Assembly: GCA_965198115.1 (NCBI GenBank)
Contig: OZ240241.1
Location: 7,936,001-8,000,000, forward strand
Source: Candidatus Latescibacterota bacterium
GTDB taxonomy: Bacteria; Latescibacterota; UBA2968
Direction: 5' to 3'
DNA: 64,000 bases
Shown: positions 33,101-43,634 of the stretch, piece after piece
Numbering within the stretch: the first letter of the stretch is position 1
How the letters are laid out: every line of letters starts with the position of its first letter
The notes under the pieces: model-generated
What the model was told of the DNA's origin: nothing
The model's database searches: none
Seen by the model: only the letters and a program-made list of their open reading frames with translations
Program-made: the position numbers and the translations under genes

Positions 33101-35577
33101 CCCCGCGGCATCGAGGGAGCTGGGGGCCGCAGCGTCGAAGTATGACCTCGTTGTCGAGGCCGCCGATGGGCTCATGTCCATTCTCGACAGGGCGAAGGAG
33201 AGCGGAGAGTTCACTTCAGACGCCCGAGCCGAAGCCGCCAGGCTGATCGGCGAGGCGCTGAACGCGGAACGACAGGCAATTGCTCGGATCGAGAACTCGC
33301 TCGGGACGCTGGGAGTTTCGACAGAAGACATCAAGCGAACATCAGGGACCGATAAGGGAACCCAGGCACGGAGAGGTGCGATGAACGTCTCGGTGGACGT
33401 CACGCCAGACCGGCGGGGTGACTCCCTCCCCCTGTGCCTTTCTCCGCTGATGCGGGCCACGCCATCCGGAATGGACCCGGGCACGGACGGAAGGCGTGCT
33501 GGGTCACGCTTTCCAGTTCGACATGAAAGAGGGGGGCGCGTGGGTCTTGTACGATAACCTTGATTGGGGAGCCGCATTGGACTTGCTCCCCCGTATCGCC
33601 CGTTTCCAGGAGTTCGACGCCGGCAAGAAAGACACGGACGTTGACCTCCCTGCCCTGAAGCGGCAGGCGCGAGACGCCGTTCGCGTCGCCCTGGAGAGAG
33701 GCTTCCCAGCGATCGTGTGGTCACCGATGACCCCGGAGATGAAGGCGGGCCCGACGCCTCATCCGGTCATTTGGGGGCTGATCGTCGGCTACAACGAAGC
33801 CAACGAAACCTACACCATCCGTCATCCGTTTGTCCCCGAGACGTTCACCATTCGCTACGACGCTTTCGGACACACCAAGGCAAGTGATTGGTTCAACGTC
33901 AGAGTCTACGACGGTCCGAGCGCAGAAGATGAGAGAGAAACGCATCTGATCGCGCTCAAGAACGGCGTCTCCTACGCACACGGCACGCGCTACGACAACG
34001 ACGAGCGCCGTGCAAGGATGCGGGGACGTCCCCAGGGCTTCTCGGCCTACGAGGTGTGGCGAGACGCGTTCGAATCGGAAGACGTCCCTCTGAGGGCTGC
34101 GGAACACCACGCGCTGACGATCAAAGGAAGACGTTCCCTTGCCGCCGCCTATGTCTGCGAGCTCGGCGGGATATTCCCCAAGGCGGCGCAACAACTGGAA
34201 TCGGCAGCCGACCATTACGATCGTGAGCTGGCGCCGCTCGAGGCGCTTTACGACCTCCTCCACACGGCGCAACACCGCAAGTCCATCACGCCTGATGAAC
34301 GGGCCAAAGCCCAGGAGCTGATCACCAAAGCACTGAAAACCGAGCAAGAAGCCATCGCCCAGATTGAAGCCGCTCTTGGGGTCCTGGGCGTCTCCACGGA
34401 CGGGCTCAAGGGGGAATCGACAATGGGCGGCACGAAAGGCGCGGGGCAAGGCGAAAACCAGTCGGATGACAGGATGAACGTCGCAGTAGATGTCTACCCC
34501 GCACTGCCGCACGCAGGCACGACGCTTGCGTCCTGCATGACCCCGGTCATGCAGACGCTCGGATCAGGTGACTGGTCGATGGCAACAACGCAGGGCGTCA
34601 TGGGACACGCCTTCCAGTTCGCGATGAAGGAGGGTGGTGGACGCGTGATGCACGACCGCTCGGACTGGAGCGAATCGATGGGCACGCTTCCCAGGTTGGC
34701 GGAATCCCAGAAGTTCGGCGCCAACAAGAAAACCGCGCAAGCCGACCGGGCGGCAGCGGAGACAGAAGCCAGAGACGCCGTTCGCGCAAGCCTCGCCAGG
34801 GGCATACCGGCTCTGGTCTGGCAGCCGATGAGCGTGGAAATGGAGAAGAATGGCCATCACGCATACAGCTGGGGGCTCATCGTCGGATACAACGAGGCGG
34901 AGGAGACTTACACGGTCCGTCACCCGTTCGAACACGGAGCGGCGCGACCGAAGGCCGAATGGAAGGCGATGCCCGCGAGTGCGGACAGATTGACATCACA
35001 CACGGAACCACTGGATACCTACACGGTTCGCTACGATGTGCTCGGTCACACGGATGGCGCCCAGTGGTTCAACATCCGCGTCTTCGAAAAGCTGGGTTCC
35101 GAGGACGAACGGACGACCCACGTACGAGCCCTACGTAACGCGATCGAGTACGCCAACGGGGTTCGGTACTCGGACCAGAACTTCATCCAGAAGAATGGGA
35201 AGCCGACCTCGCCCTACGGCCTGGCAGCCTATGAGCTCTGGCAGAGCGCGTTCGAGTCGGAAGCCATTCCGCTCGAGCCTTCCCGTTTCCACTCGGAGAT
35301 TCTGACGGCGAGGCGTTTGGCTGCCGCGGCGTATATGCGTGAGCTCGTCAAGGTCCTGCCAGAAGCGGCAGGGCCCCTGGCGGCAGCTGCTTCCCACTAT
35401 GACAGCGAGATGGAATCCCTGAATCCGCTCCACGAACTCCTCACGACCGCTCGCATACGCGAGTCGATCACGGCCGGCGAACGAGCCGAGGCAGGGAAGC
35501 TGATCGGCGATGCATTTGCGGAGCAGAAAGCCGTCGCCCAGATAGAAGCAGCGCTGAAGATCCTCGATGCATCGTAG
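30187..35577 (+). CDS. BlaR1-like M56 metallopeptidase fused to four tandem BtrH/C39-like domains (~1800 aa; frameshifts at ~31545 and ~33475)
   Basis: HELAHVRRYD..FFHPVIWW..ERERCCDD, a final TM helix, then repeats starting at 31264, ~32311, 33381 and 34474. Both ORF breaks fall inside repeat units, so the three ORFs are read as one gene. Confidence 0.82.
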
Positions 35578-35598
35578 GGACGGTTCGATAACCGTCCC
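35577..35598 (+). other. Intercistronic hairpin
   Basis: GGGACGGTT-CGAT-AACCGTCCC immediately after the stop codon; no U tract. Confidence 0.6.
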
Positions 35599-35631
35599 GC
35601 TCTTCCCCACCGCAAGCTTGAGGTCGTCGTC

Positions 35632-36750
35632 TTGCGAACCTCGTTCTCTCTTCACGCGACCATCCTGACTCTCCTCGTTCTCACCGTCGCTGTCATTTGG
35701 TGAGAACTACTCCCACGAAGACGAAAACGGTCACGAAAGGAAAGGATCGGCCGATGAACGTCACTGTAGATGTCAGCCCGTCTAATCAGGGCGAGACCCT
35801 CCCCTCCTGCCTTGCCCCGTTGATGAAGAGCGTTGGTCGTCCGGAGTGGTCCGTGGAACGGCTGAAGGGCGTCATGGGACATGCCTTTCAGTTTCAGATG
35901 ACGGAAGATGGCCAACACGTCATGCACGACAACCTCGCTGGAGCATCGCGCTCGACTTCATCCCTCAGTTCGCCAAGTTCCGCACGTTCAACGCGAACAA
36001 GAAATCGGACGTCGACCTCCCTGTTCTCAAGCGAGAGGCCAGAGACGTCGTGCGCGCCGGCCTCGAAAAGGGCCACGCGGCACTGGTCTGGCAACCGATG
36101 AGTGTCGAGATGAAGGCGGATCATCACCACGGATTCTGTTGGGGGCTGATCGTCGGATACGACGAAGCGGAAGAGACCTACACGGTCCGCCACCCGTACG
36201 TATCCGACACCTACACCGTTCGATACGACGCCATCGGCCACGCGGATCCGGCCGAGTGGTTCAATGTCAGAGTGTTCGAACAGCAGACGACTGCCGACGA
36301 GAAGACAACCTATTCGACGGCCCTCCGGAATGCGGTCGCCTTCGCGAATGGAACTCGATTCGCCCCCGACAAACGCAGCGAGGATCGTCCGATCGGCTTT
36401 TCGGCCTACGAACTGGGCGCGATGCGTTCGAGTCCGAAGATATCCCGTTGGAACCGTCCCGACATCACGCGGAGACTTTGAAGCGGAGGCGTCTGGCCGC
36501 TGCTGCCTACCTGCGTGAACTCGTCGCACTGTTCCCCGATGCGGCTGAACCTCTTGAAGCCGCCGCGACCCATTACGACCGCGAGCTGGAGTCGTTGAAC
36601 CCGCTCTACGATCTCTGCGCCGCCGCCAAGAAGAGAGAAGCGTGGACCGCGGATCGCCGTGTTGAAGCACAGAGACTGATCGGTGAGGCGTTGAAAGAAG
36701 AGCGTGAAGCGATCGAGCAGATAGAAGCCGCCCTCGAGATCCTGAACTAG
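35632..36750 (+). CDS. Stand-alone, probably exported copy of the BtrH/C39-like repeat domain (frameshifts at ~35697, ~35938, ~36415)
   Basis: GAGG + TTG 35632 gives the signal-like MRTSFSLHATILTLLVLTVAVI; the domain starts at ATG 35754; the three track ORFs together give one full unit. Confidence 0.75.
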
Positions 36751-36789
36751 GACGCCTGAAGTACCACGCCGATCTGCAGACGCACCAAC

Positions 36790-36828
36790 AAGAAGCCGCG
36801 TGAACGCATTCGCTTCACGCGGCTTTTC
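36790..36828 (+). terminator. Rho-independent terminator closing the blaI-like operon
   Basis: 12-bp stem AAGCCGCGTGAA / TTCACGCGGCTT with a short T run. Confidence 0.75.
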
Positions 36829-36847
36829 GTATCCTACCAAAGACCCT

Positions 36848-36932
36848 TGTCATTTCGACACGGTTTCACGAGACCCTTGAGAATCCGACGTGGTTAGTGT
36901 CGTGGGCCCATGGAGAAATCCCTGCGCGAAAT
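36848..36932. repeat. Partial copy of the TGTCATTTCGA...GGAGAAATCC palindromic repeat
   Basis: 20-bp identity TGTCATTTCGACACGGTTTC and shared TGGAGAAATCC with the element at 54286. Confidence 0.75.
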
Positions 36933-37058
36933 TCACACCTACATTCCGTTTGCGTTTTACCTTACAGCCTTGTGCATTCTACTTCCGGTCCACTCACACG
37001 AAGACCAGGGCAGTTGTTGACAACCTTCTGATCAGGCCGGTCGGAACTGGAGGAAGCC

Positions 37059-38072
37059 GTGGAATACCGCGCGTTTGGACAGACAGGCATTGAGGTTTCA
37101 GCGATCGGGTTCGGGTGCTGGGAAATGGCGGGCGCGCACGGCCCGTTCGACGAGTCCGAAATGGTCGCAGCCGTACACCGGGCCCTCGATCTGGGCATCA
37201 CCTGTTTCGACACGGCCCAAGGCTATGGGAGTGGGCAATCGGAGCGATTGCTGACGAGAGCGCTGGGCGACAGACGACAGGATGTGGTCCTCGTAACGAA
37301 ATTCGGGATCGGCTACGAGCACGGTCGGGACAGCAGTCGAACGATGGTCCACGACGCAATCGACCGGAGCCTGGAGATGCTGAACACCGACTATGTCGAC
37401 GTCTATTTCATCCACTGGCCGGACCGATCCACACCGTTCGATGAAACCATGAAGGCGCTGGAAGAGATCGTAGAGCAGGGAAAGGTCCGCTTCGTTGGCC
37501 TGTCGAATTTCACGCCCCGGGAGATTGAAGAGTGCGTGAAAACAGGACGCGTGGACGTGCTGCAATACGGATGCAACCTCTTCGACCGGCGTATGGCGAA
37601 ATGGATCTTCCCCTGTGCGCAGGAGCACGGGATCGGGGTGATGACCTACGGTTCGCTGGCCTACGGCATGTTGACAGGGAGCCTCACTGAAGAAACCGTC
37701 TTCGCCGAAGGGGACTTCTGAAAGAGCGGTGGAAGCGACGCGACACTGAAGCTATTCACCCCCGAAGTTTTCAGGCGAAACGTTCAGGCCGTGGATGAGT
37801 TGAAAGAGATCGCGGCGCAGATCGGAAGGAACCTTCCCCAGATGGCGCTTAACTGGGTGCTGTCACACGACGCCGTCAGCACCGCCCTCGTTGGTGCAAA
37901 ACGACCTGTCGAAGTGGAAGACAACGTCGGGGCGCTGGGTTGGGAGCTGACGGACGACACTAGGGCCGAGATCGAGCGCGTCTTCGCCAGGTATGAAATC
38001 GACACGGCACCGAACAAATGGGTCGACAAAGAGGCCGATGTCGACCCGAACGGATGGGTTGTGCTGGATTGA
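37059..38072 (+). pseudogene. Aldo/keto reductase with in-frame TGA at 37719-37721
   Basis: VSAIGFGCW, FDTAQGYG, LVTKFG, YFIHWPD; the same frame continues past the TGA to QMALNWVL..ALVGAK. Confidence 0.88.
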
Positions 38073-38096
38073 CTGCAGGACTGGAGAACAAGTGAA

Positions 38097-39206
38097 GTGA
38101 CCGCAGAGACCAAAGGCTTTCACGTCACCCCCACGGATGTTCCCAACAAAGGCATCCTGTTCATCGACCGCCAGAAACACGGCCGATCCGGGCACGGCGG
38201 CAACTGCCTGACCGAATGCCGCAACGGCGATGTCGTCGCGTTCTACAGCAATGTATCGGGCGAGATCGAAAAAGGGCACGGCGTCGCGGGCTGGTCGGAA
38301 TATCGCCGGTCCGAGGACGGTGGTAAGACCTGGGGCGAACCGGTCGTTGTGGACTACTCGAAGACGACCTGGGACGCCGATGAGATGTACGCCGCTATCG
38401 TATTCGGTGCTGGGACCGCGCCCGATGGGACGTTGATCGCGTTTGTCAGCCGGTTCGAGAAAGACCTCTGGGTCAAGGGGTGGCCGCCGGTCTATTTGTT
38501 GAGTCACGATCACGGCCAGACGTGGAGCGAGCCGCATGCTTTAGACGTTGACGCGACAGTCGAAGACGTATCGCTCACGTTCGACGCGGTCTTCACACAC
38601 AACCGCCAGGTCTTCGCAGTCTTCATGGGTGGAACCAATGACTACTGCTACGGCCCGTATTCGCTCTACGTCTCGTCGGACAATGGAGAAACCTTCAGTC
38701 GACGGAGCATCCTGCCCTTCAACCGAGAGAACTATTACGTCACAGCCGGCGTACTCGATACAGGTGACATCATCGTCTACTCCTATCCCTACCGAAAGAC
38801 TGAACCCATCGACGAGTACAACATTCCCTACGTCACAAGCGCTGACGAAGGGCGCACGTGGTCCGAGGTCAGGACCACCCACTTCCCCCGGGCGATCCGC
38901 AATCCACAACTCTCGCGCAAGATCGGCGATCTCTACTTCTTACACGGACGCAGTGGGAGCTTGAGCCGCGACCCCCGTCATCTGATTCTCTACTCATCTC
39001 CTGACGGCATCCACTGGGATGACGGCACGATTCTACATCACAAGGAAGGCGGCGGCGGCGATGCTTATTCGGCCAACGAGGTCATAGGCAAGTACGACCC
39101 CACTGTCTCTAATCGACTCCTCATTCAGTCGAGCATCGCCTACGAGGACGGGAACAGCAACGTCAACGCGCACCACTGGTGGGTCGAGGACATCCAGGGC
39201 ACCTGA
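38097..39206 (+). CDS. BNR/Asp-box beta-propeller (sialidase-like) protein
   Basis: Asp boxes SEDGGKTW, SHDHGQTW, SSDNGETF, SADEGRTW, SPDGIHW. Confidence 0.85.
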   Translation: MTAETKGFHVTPTDVPNKGILFIDRQKHGRSGHGGNCLTECRNGDVVAFYSNVSGEIEKGHGVAGWSEYRRSEDGGKTWGEPVVVDYSKTTWDADEMYAAIVFGAGTAPDGTLIAFVSRFEKDLWVKGWPPVYLLSHDHGQTWSEPHALDVDATVEDVSLTFDAVFTHNRQVFAVFMGGTNDYCYGPYSLYVSSDNGETFSRRSILPFNRENYYVTAGVLDTGDIIVYSYPYRKTEPIDEYNIPYVTSADEGRTWSEVRTTHFPRAIRNPQLSRKIGDLYFLHGRSGSLSRDPRHLILYSSPDGIHWDDGTILHHKEGGGGDAYSANEVIGKYDPTVSNRLLIQSSIAYEDGNSNVNAHHWWVEDIQGT

Positions 39207-39242
39207 CCAGAACAGAGCGGCATCGAATCATAGAGAGTTATC

Positions 39243-40124
39243 GTGACGATCTCAATCACCCAACTCACCGAACATATCGGCGCTCGCGTGGAAGGTGTCG
39301 ACCTCACCTCGCCCATCGATGACGACATTGTCGATGCAATTCGGGAGGCACTCTGCACACATTCGGTCCTCGTCTTCCGCGACCAACACATTATGGACGA
39401 TCAGCACGTGGCCTTCACCGAGCGCTTCGGTCCACTTCAGATGACCCTAGTGAGCGATCCCTACGGCGGTGGTGGACCGATCAACAGAATCTCAAACGTC
39501 GACGAGAACGGAGACATCATCCCGCCTGATGACGATCGATCGCTGTATCAGGCGGGGAACACGCTATGGCACTCCGACGGCGCGTTCAAAAGCGTGCCGT
39601 TGCGTGCGTCTTTCCTCTCGGCAAAGGTGATTCCACCCGAACGAGGCGAGACGGAATTCACGAGTCTTCGCGCAGCCTATAGCGCTCTGTCCGAAGAAAG
39701 GAAGTCAGAGGTGGAAGGGCTGATCGCCGAACACAGCATCGCCTACTCACGAGAAAAGATCGCGCCCGGCCTGATGAGCAAAGAATGGTTGAAAGAAACA
39801 CCTCCGGTCCAGCACGTCGTTATACGCAACATCCCAGAGACGGGAGAAAAAGCCCTTTTTGTCGGCTCCTATGCCACCCACATCGTTGGGTGGCCTGTCG
39901 AGAAGGGTAGGGCTTTGCTCGAAGAGCTTTTGGAGTGGTCGACGCAGCGACAGTTTGTCTATCGACACGAGTGGCAGGCGGACGATCTGGTGATCTATGA
40001 CAATCGCTCCTGTCTCCACCGGGGACGACCGTGGGACAGCGGGAACCACAAGCGTATCTTGCATCGCACCACACTGGCAGGGGATGGCCCAACAGTTGCG
40101 GAGTTCAGGTCAATAGGTGTGTAA
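39243..40124 (+). CDS. TauD/TfdA family dioxygenase (last 7 codons supplied by IS256)
   Basis: IGARVEGVDL, WHSDG, GETEF, HEWQADDLVIYDNRSCLHRG. Confidence 0.92.
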   Translation: MTISITQLTEHIGARVEGVDLTSPIDDDIVDAIREALCTHSVLVFRDQHIMDDQHVAFTERFGPLQMTLVSDPYGGGGPINRISNVDENGDIIPPDDDRSLYQAGNTLWHSDGAFKSVPLRASFLSAKVIPPERGETEFTSLRAAYSALSEERKSEVEGLIAEHSIAYSREKIAPGLMSKEWLKETPPVQHVVIRNIPETGEKALFVGSYATHIVGWPVEKGRALLEELLEWSTQRQFVYRHEWQADDLVIYDNRSCLHRGRPWDSGNHKRILHRTTLAGDGPTVAEFRSIGV

Positions 40125-41474
40125 AAGAAATCAGGCGGCCATCTTCCCGGCTTCGACCTGCGGTCCGGTTGAGTGTTTCTGATCGTAGACTTGTTGTAGC
40201 AAGTGTGGCGCGGTGAGTTTCCTGAATCGGCTCTCTGCGACCTTGAGCGTACGCCAGATGAGAGTCGTGGCGTTCCTGACTTTCTTGAATCGCCTGGCGG
40301 CGTTTGTGCGAAGCCGAACGGAAGCAAAGGGGCTCTCGACGACGTTCGTGGTTCTCAGGTGTTTCCAGTGTTCCTTCGGGAAGTCGTAGAACGTGACCAT
40401 CCGATCCCAGTCTCTTTCGAGCGTCTCCACGGCGGCAGGGAACTGTGAGCGATACCGTGCGGCAAAGCGTTTCCGGAGCTTCTCGGCCTCCTTTTTCGTG
40501 CCGGCATAGGGGATCTGGACGAGCAGTGCGCGGGCTTCAGCCTGTGCACGCTTGGCGACCTTGTCGAGCACGTTGAGGATCTTGTGGTTCCAGCACCGTT
40601 GTTGCCGGCTCTCTGGCCAGACCTGATCAACGGCCGCCCAGATGCCCATATTCCCGTCCGCGGCGATCAGGACAGGATGTTCGAGCCCGCGATCCCGGAG
40701 ATCCCGGAGCACCGTGAGCCAGGATTCTGTAGACTCTCGATAACCGGGTTCTATCGCCAGGATCTCCTTGCTGCCGTCGCTCATCGCGCCGATCACGACC
40801 AGCAGACACGCCTTCTCGCGCTCGAGCCCGGCTTTGACGTAGATGCCATCAGCCCAGGCGTAGACCAGTTCGCGATTATCCAGACGCCTTTCTTTCCAGT
40901 CCTGGAAGTCGACCTCCCACTTCCCTCGAAGACGAGCGATCGAGGTCGGCGAAAGCGGCGCGCCATCACCGAGCAGCGCACGCAAAGACAACTCGAAGTC
41001 GCCCTGGGAGAGACCGTGGAGATAAAGGTCGGGAAGCAGATCTCCAATGGCCCTGGTTCTCCGGGCGAACAGGGGGAGGATGCGGCTTTCAAACCGCTCT
41101 TCCAGACCACGAACCCGGGGACGCCGGACCTTGATCGTTCCGCAGCTCGTCGAGAGACGCCGGGGCTTGCCGTAGCCGTTCCTGTAGCCCGTGGAGCTAT
41201 CGACCTCGGCTCGGCGCTCATACCACGACCGGCCCAAGAACGCGGTCGCCTCCTCCTCCAGAATGGACTGGAACCGGCCCTGGATCTCTTCACGGATCCA
41301 ATCGTCAACCGTCTCCCACGTCGGCATGGACTTCAATGGGGCTCTATGCGTATGTTCCTTCACGGCGATCCTCCTTCCCAACCGGGCCTCTCACCCGGTT
41401 TTGTGTGAATCAACTATCTCACGGGAAGGGTAGGGTCGCCCTTTCTCTTTTTCCACACCTTTTGATTATAGCTC
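40101..41474 (-). mobile_element. IS256 family IS (1374 bp)
   Basis: 8-bp TSD CAGTTGCG (40093-40100, 41475-41482); imperfect TIRs GAG..TCAA..GGTGTG.AAAA. Confidence 0.93.
40131..41381 (-). CDS. IS256 (mutator) transposase
   Basis: GYRNGY, YAWADGIY, AADG, QRCWNHK, LRTTNVVES motifs. Confidence 0.95.
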   Translation of the reverse strand: MGRRIAVKEHTHRAPLKSMPTWETVDDWIREEIQGRFQSILEEEATAFLGRSWYERRAEVDSSTGYRNGYGKPRRLSTSCGTIKVRRPRVRGLEERFESRILPLFARRTRAIGDLLPDLYLHGLSQGDFELSLRALLGDGAPLSPTSIARLRGKWEVDFQDWKERRLDNRELVYAWADGIYVKAGLEREKACLLVVIGAMSDGSKEILAIEPGYRESTESWLTVLRDLRDRGLEHPVLIAADGNMGIWAAVDQVWPESRQQRCWNHKILNVLDKVAKRAQAEARALLVQIPYAGTKKEAEKLRKRFAARYRSQFPAAVETLERDWDRMVTFYDFPKEHWKHLRTTNVVESPFASVRLRTNAARRFKKVRNATTLIWRTLKVAESRFRKLTAPHLLQQVYDQKHSTGPQVEAGKMAA

Positions 41475-41574
41475 CAGTTGCGTGATGTCATCTTACACCA
41501 AACTCTTGACAGGATCCTAATCGGGTTCTGTCTCTCTCAGTCCAGCTATCAAGTCACCATCACAGGAGGAAAGT

Positions 41575-42639
41575 ATGAGGAGCGTGCTTTATGCAGTGGC
41601 AGTCGTCCTCACGACACTATCGTTGGCTAGCTCCGGACCCGTCCTCGCGGAATGCGGTCCTGAAAGCTGGAAGGACTGCGCGGGCAAGCCGTGGGTCGAT
41701 GGCGATCAGATGGACACCCCGCTAGGCAGCGAGTGGTGGCCGAATTCACTCTGGGGCGCCGGCGACGAAGCAGGCTCGACAAACTGGTACACCAAACCGG
41801 AAGTTGTGATGCGAGCCCTGGCCCAGGTGAAATCAGGGAAGGTCTACGGCCTCGCTCACCCCTACACCGCGAACATGCCCATGTTCGGCGAGCGTAAATT
41901 CGTGCTCCGCATCCCCGGCACACCCTCAGGTGGTCCTTTCGGTGCCAACAAGCTCGTCTATCACGACGATTTCCTGGCAACGGAAATCAGCCAGGTGGGT
42001 ACGCAGTTCGACGGGCTCGGGCATATCGGTGTGCAGATCGGTGCCGACGGTGACCGGGGCAACATGCGCTGGTACAACGGCTTCACGAACAACGAAGTCG
42101 GATCCGCCTATGGCATGATGAAGCTGGGTGCCGAAAAGCTGCATCCCATCGTCGCCCGCGGCATCCTGATCGATCTGGCCGCCGTACTCGGTGATATGGG
42201 GGTGGGTCAGATTGCCACCGTGGCGGATGTGAAGGAAGCGCTTAAACGCCAGGGCATGGAGAACTTCGAGTTCAAAGAAGGTGACGGCATCTTCTTCCGC
42301 TACGGCTGGGAACGGAACTGGGGCGATCCTGACGCCTACAACGAAGGCTGTCCCGGAATATCTATGGGTGTCGCACGCTGGGTGGCCGAAGAGGTGAAAG
42401 CAGGTGTCACGGGCGGCGACACCTGGCCGGGTACGGATCCGGTGCCGTATACGGGCGAGGATGCCTGTGGCTTCTGTGTGCACACGTACCTCCAGGCACG
42501 GCACGGCATCGTGAACCACGAGAACCTCGCCCTCAAACAGCTGGCCGACGCAGGCGTTTACGTCTTTGCCTACATCTTCAACCCTGTGCCCATCGTGGGT
42601 GCAACCGGATCGATCGGATCACCCATCGCCATGCACTGA
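41575..42639 (+). CDS. Secreted cyclase family (kynurenine formamidase-like) metal hydrolase
   Basis: Signal peptide; WGAGDEAGS, QVGTQFDGLGH, ARGILID, HENL, GATGS. Confidence 0.88.
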   Translation: MRSVLYAVAVVLTTLSLASSGPVLAECGPESWKDCAGKPWVDGDQMDTPLGSEWWPNSLWGAGDEAGSTNWYTKPEVVMRALAQVKSGKVYGLAHPYTANMPMFGERKFVLRIPGTPSGGPFGANKLVYHDDFLATEISQVGTQFDGLGHIGVQIGADGDRGNMRWYNGFTNNEVGSAYGMMKLGAEKLHPIVARGILIDLAAVLGDMGVGQIATVADVKEALKRQGMENFEFKEGDGIFFRYGWERNWGDPDAYNEGCPGISMGVARWVAEEVKAGVTGGDTWPGTDPVPYTGEDACGFCVHTYLQARHGIVNHENLALKQLADAGVYVFAYIFNPVPIVGATGSIGSPIAMH

Positions 42640-42643
42640 CGAA

Positions 42644-43633
42644 ATGCTGGACATCACAGAGCGATTGCGGGGGGCTCCCCTTCTCGGTGACGGCGGCTAC
42701 CTCATCGAGCTCGAACGGCGAATGTACGTGCGGGGGGACTACTGGGTTCCTGAGGTCGTGCTGGACCATCCAGAAGCCGTCGCGCAGCTTCATCGTGAGT
42801 TCATCCGTGCTGGCTCGGAGATCATACAGGCGCTCACATTCTGGACGACACGCAACATTCTCGAAGGACAAGCTGATCGAGGGCACGAGACGGAACGAGC
42901 GAATCGAAACGCCGTGCGGATCGCAAAGGAGGCCGCCGAAGATCTCGCGCTCGTCGCCGGCACTCTTACTGCCACCACGCTGATGGGAACGCGTGATCGG
43001 TCGTCAGCTCCCCGAGGCTCTGAGGCCGACGCAAGGCTCGCACGCAGCCGAAAGGTCCTTGCCGAGCAGGCGCAATGGCTCGCTGAGGAAGGCGTGGATC
43101 TGATCATCGCCGAGACATTCGACCGTCTGGACGAGGCACTGGCGGCCGTATCTATTGCCAGGGCGCTCGATCTTCCCGTCGTGGCAACGATGAGCTGGAG
43201 AGAGATCGACGAGAAGTCGACGGACGGATTTTCTGCCGATACGTGTGCGATCAGATTGCGCGAGGCTGGCGCCGACGTCGTGGGGTTCAACTGCAGGCAG
43301 GAACCACAAAAGATCCTGAAAGTGCTCAAAGAGATGCGCGAGGTCGTCGATTGTCCGCTCGCTGCTCAGCCCTGGGGATTGACTTCGCTGGGCCGTCCGG
43401 GGGTGGAAATCAGCCCAGGTCTTCTCGCACAGAACGAAGTGGATCCGAATATCTCGGAGGGGATTCAGATCAGGCGGCAGGATTGGAAGGCATTCGCCAA
43501 CGAAGCCCGCCGGTTGGGCGTTTCCTACTTCGGCGCCTGCTGCGGCGCGGGGCCATCGGCCATTCGCGGAATGGCGGAGGCTCTGGGAAAACCTACGTGG
43601 CTGTCCGGCCGGACCCCTACCCAAGGAGGCTAA
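42644..43633 (+). CDS. Homocysteine S-methyltransferase family (BHMT-like)
   Basis: LLGDGG, LHREFIRAGS, IIAET; Zn ligands GFNC and GACCG. Confidence 0.9.
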   Translation: MLDITERLRGAPLLGDGGYLIELERRMYVRGDYWVPEVVLDHPEAVAQLHREFIRAGSEIIQALTFWTTRNILEGQADRGHETERANRNAVRIAKEAAEDLALVAGTLTATTLMGTRDRSSAPRGSEADARLARSRKVLAEQAQWLAEEGVDLIIAETFDRLDEALAAVSIARALDLPVVATMSWREIDEKSTDGFSADTCAIRLREAGADVVGFNCRQEPQKILKVLKEMREVVDCPLAAQPWGLTSLGRPGVEISPGLLAQNEVDPNISEGIQIRRQDWKAFANEARRLGVSYFGACCGAGPSAIRGMAEALGKPTWLSGRTPTQGG

Positions 43634-43634
43634 T

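Larger units (their letters stand above)
31264..36750 (+). repeat. Five diverged ~1-kb coding repeats
   Basis: Shared motifs MNVxxDVxP, GVxGHAFxFxMKEGG, ARDAVRxSLxRGxPALVWQPM, WGLIVGYxExxETYTxRHP, WFNV, GxxAYELW, RRLAAAAYxRELV, HYDRE, AIxxIEAAL. Unit 2 is the most divergent. Confidence 0.93.

Noticed and set aside
31264-36750. Repeats as a DGR template/variable pair or CRISPR-like array
   Set aside because: Units are ~1 kb, protein-coding and broadly diverged; no reverse transcriptase, cas genes or short regular repeats.
37719-37721. In-frame TGA as selenocysteine or code reassignment (also 22494)
   Set aside because: The context DF* fits a CGA-to-TGA change, not a Cys site; no clear SECIS; TGA ends many genes in this window.
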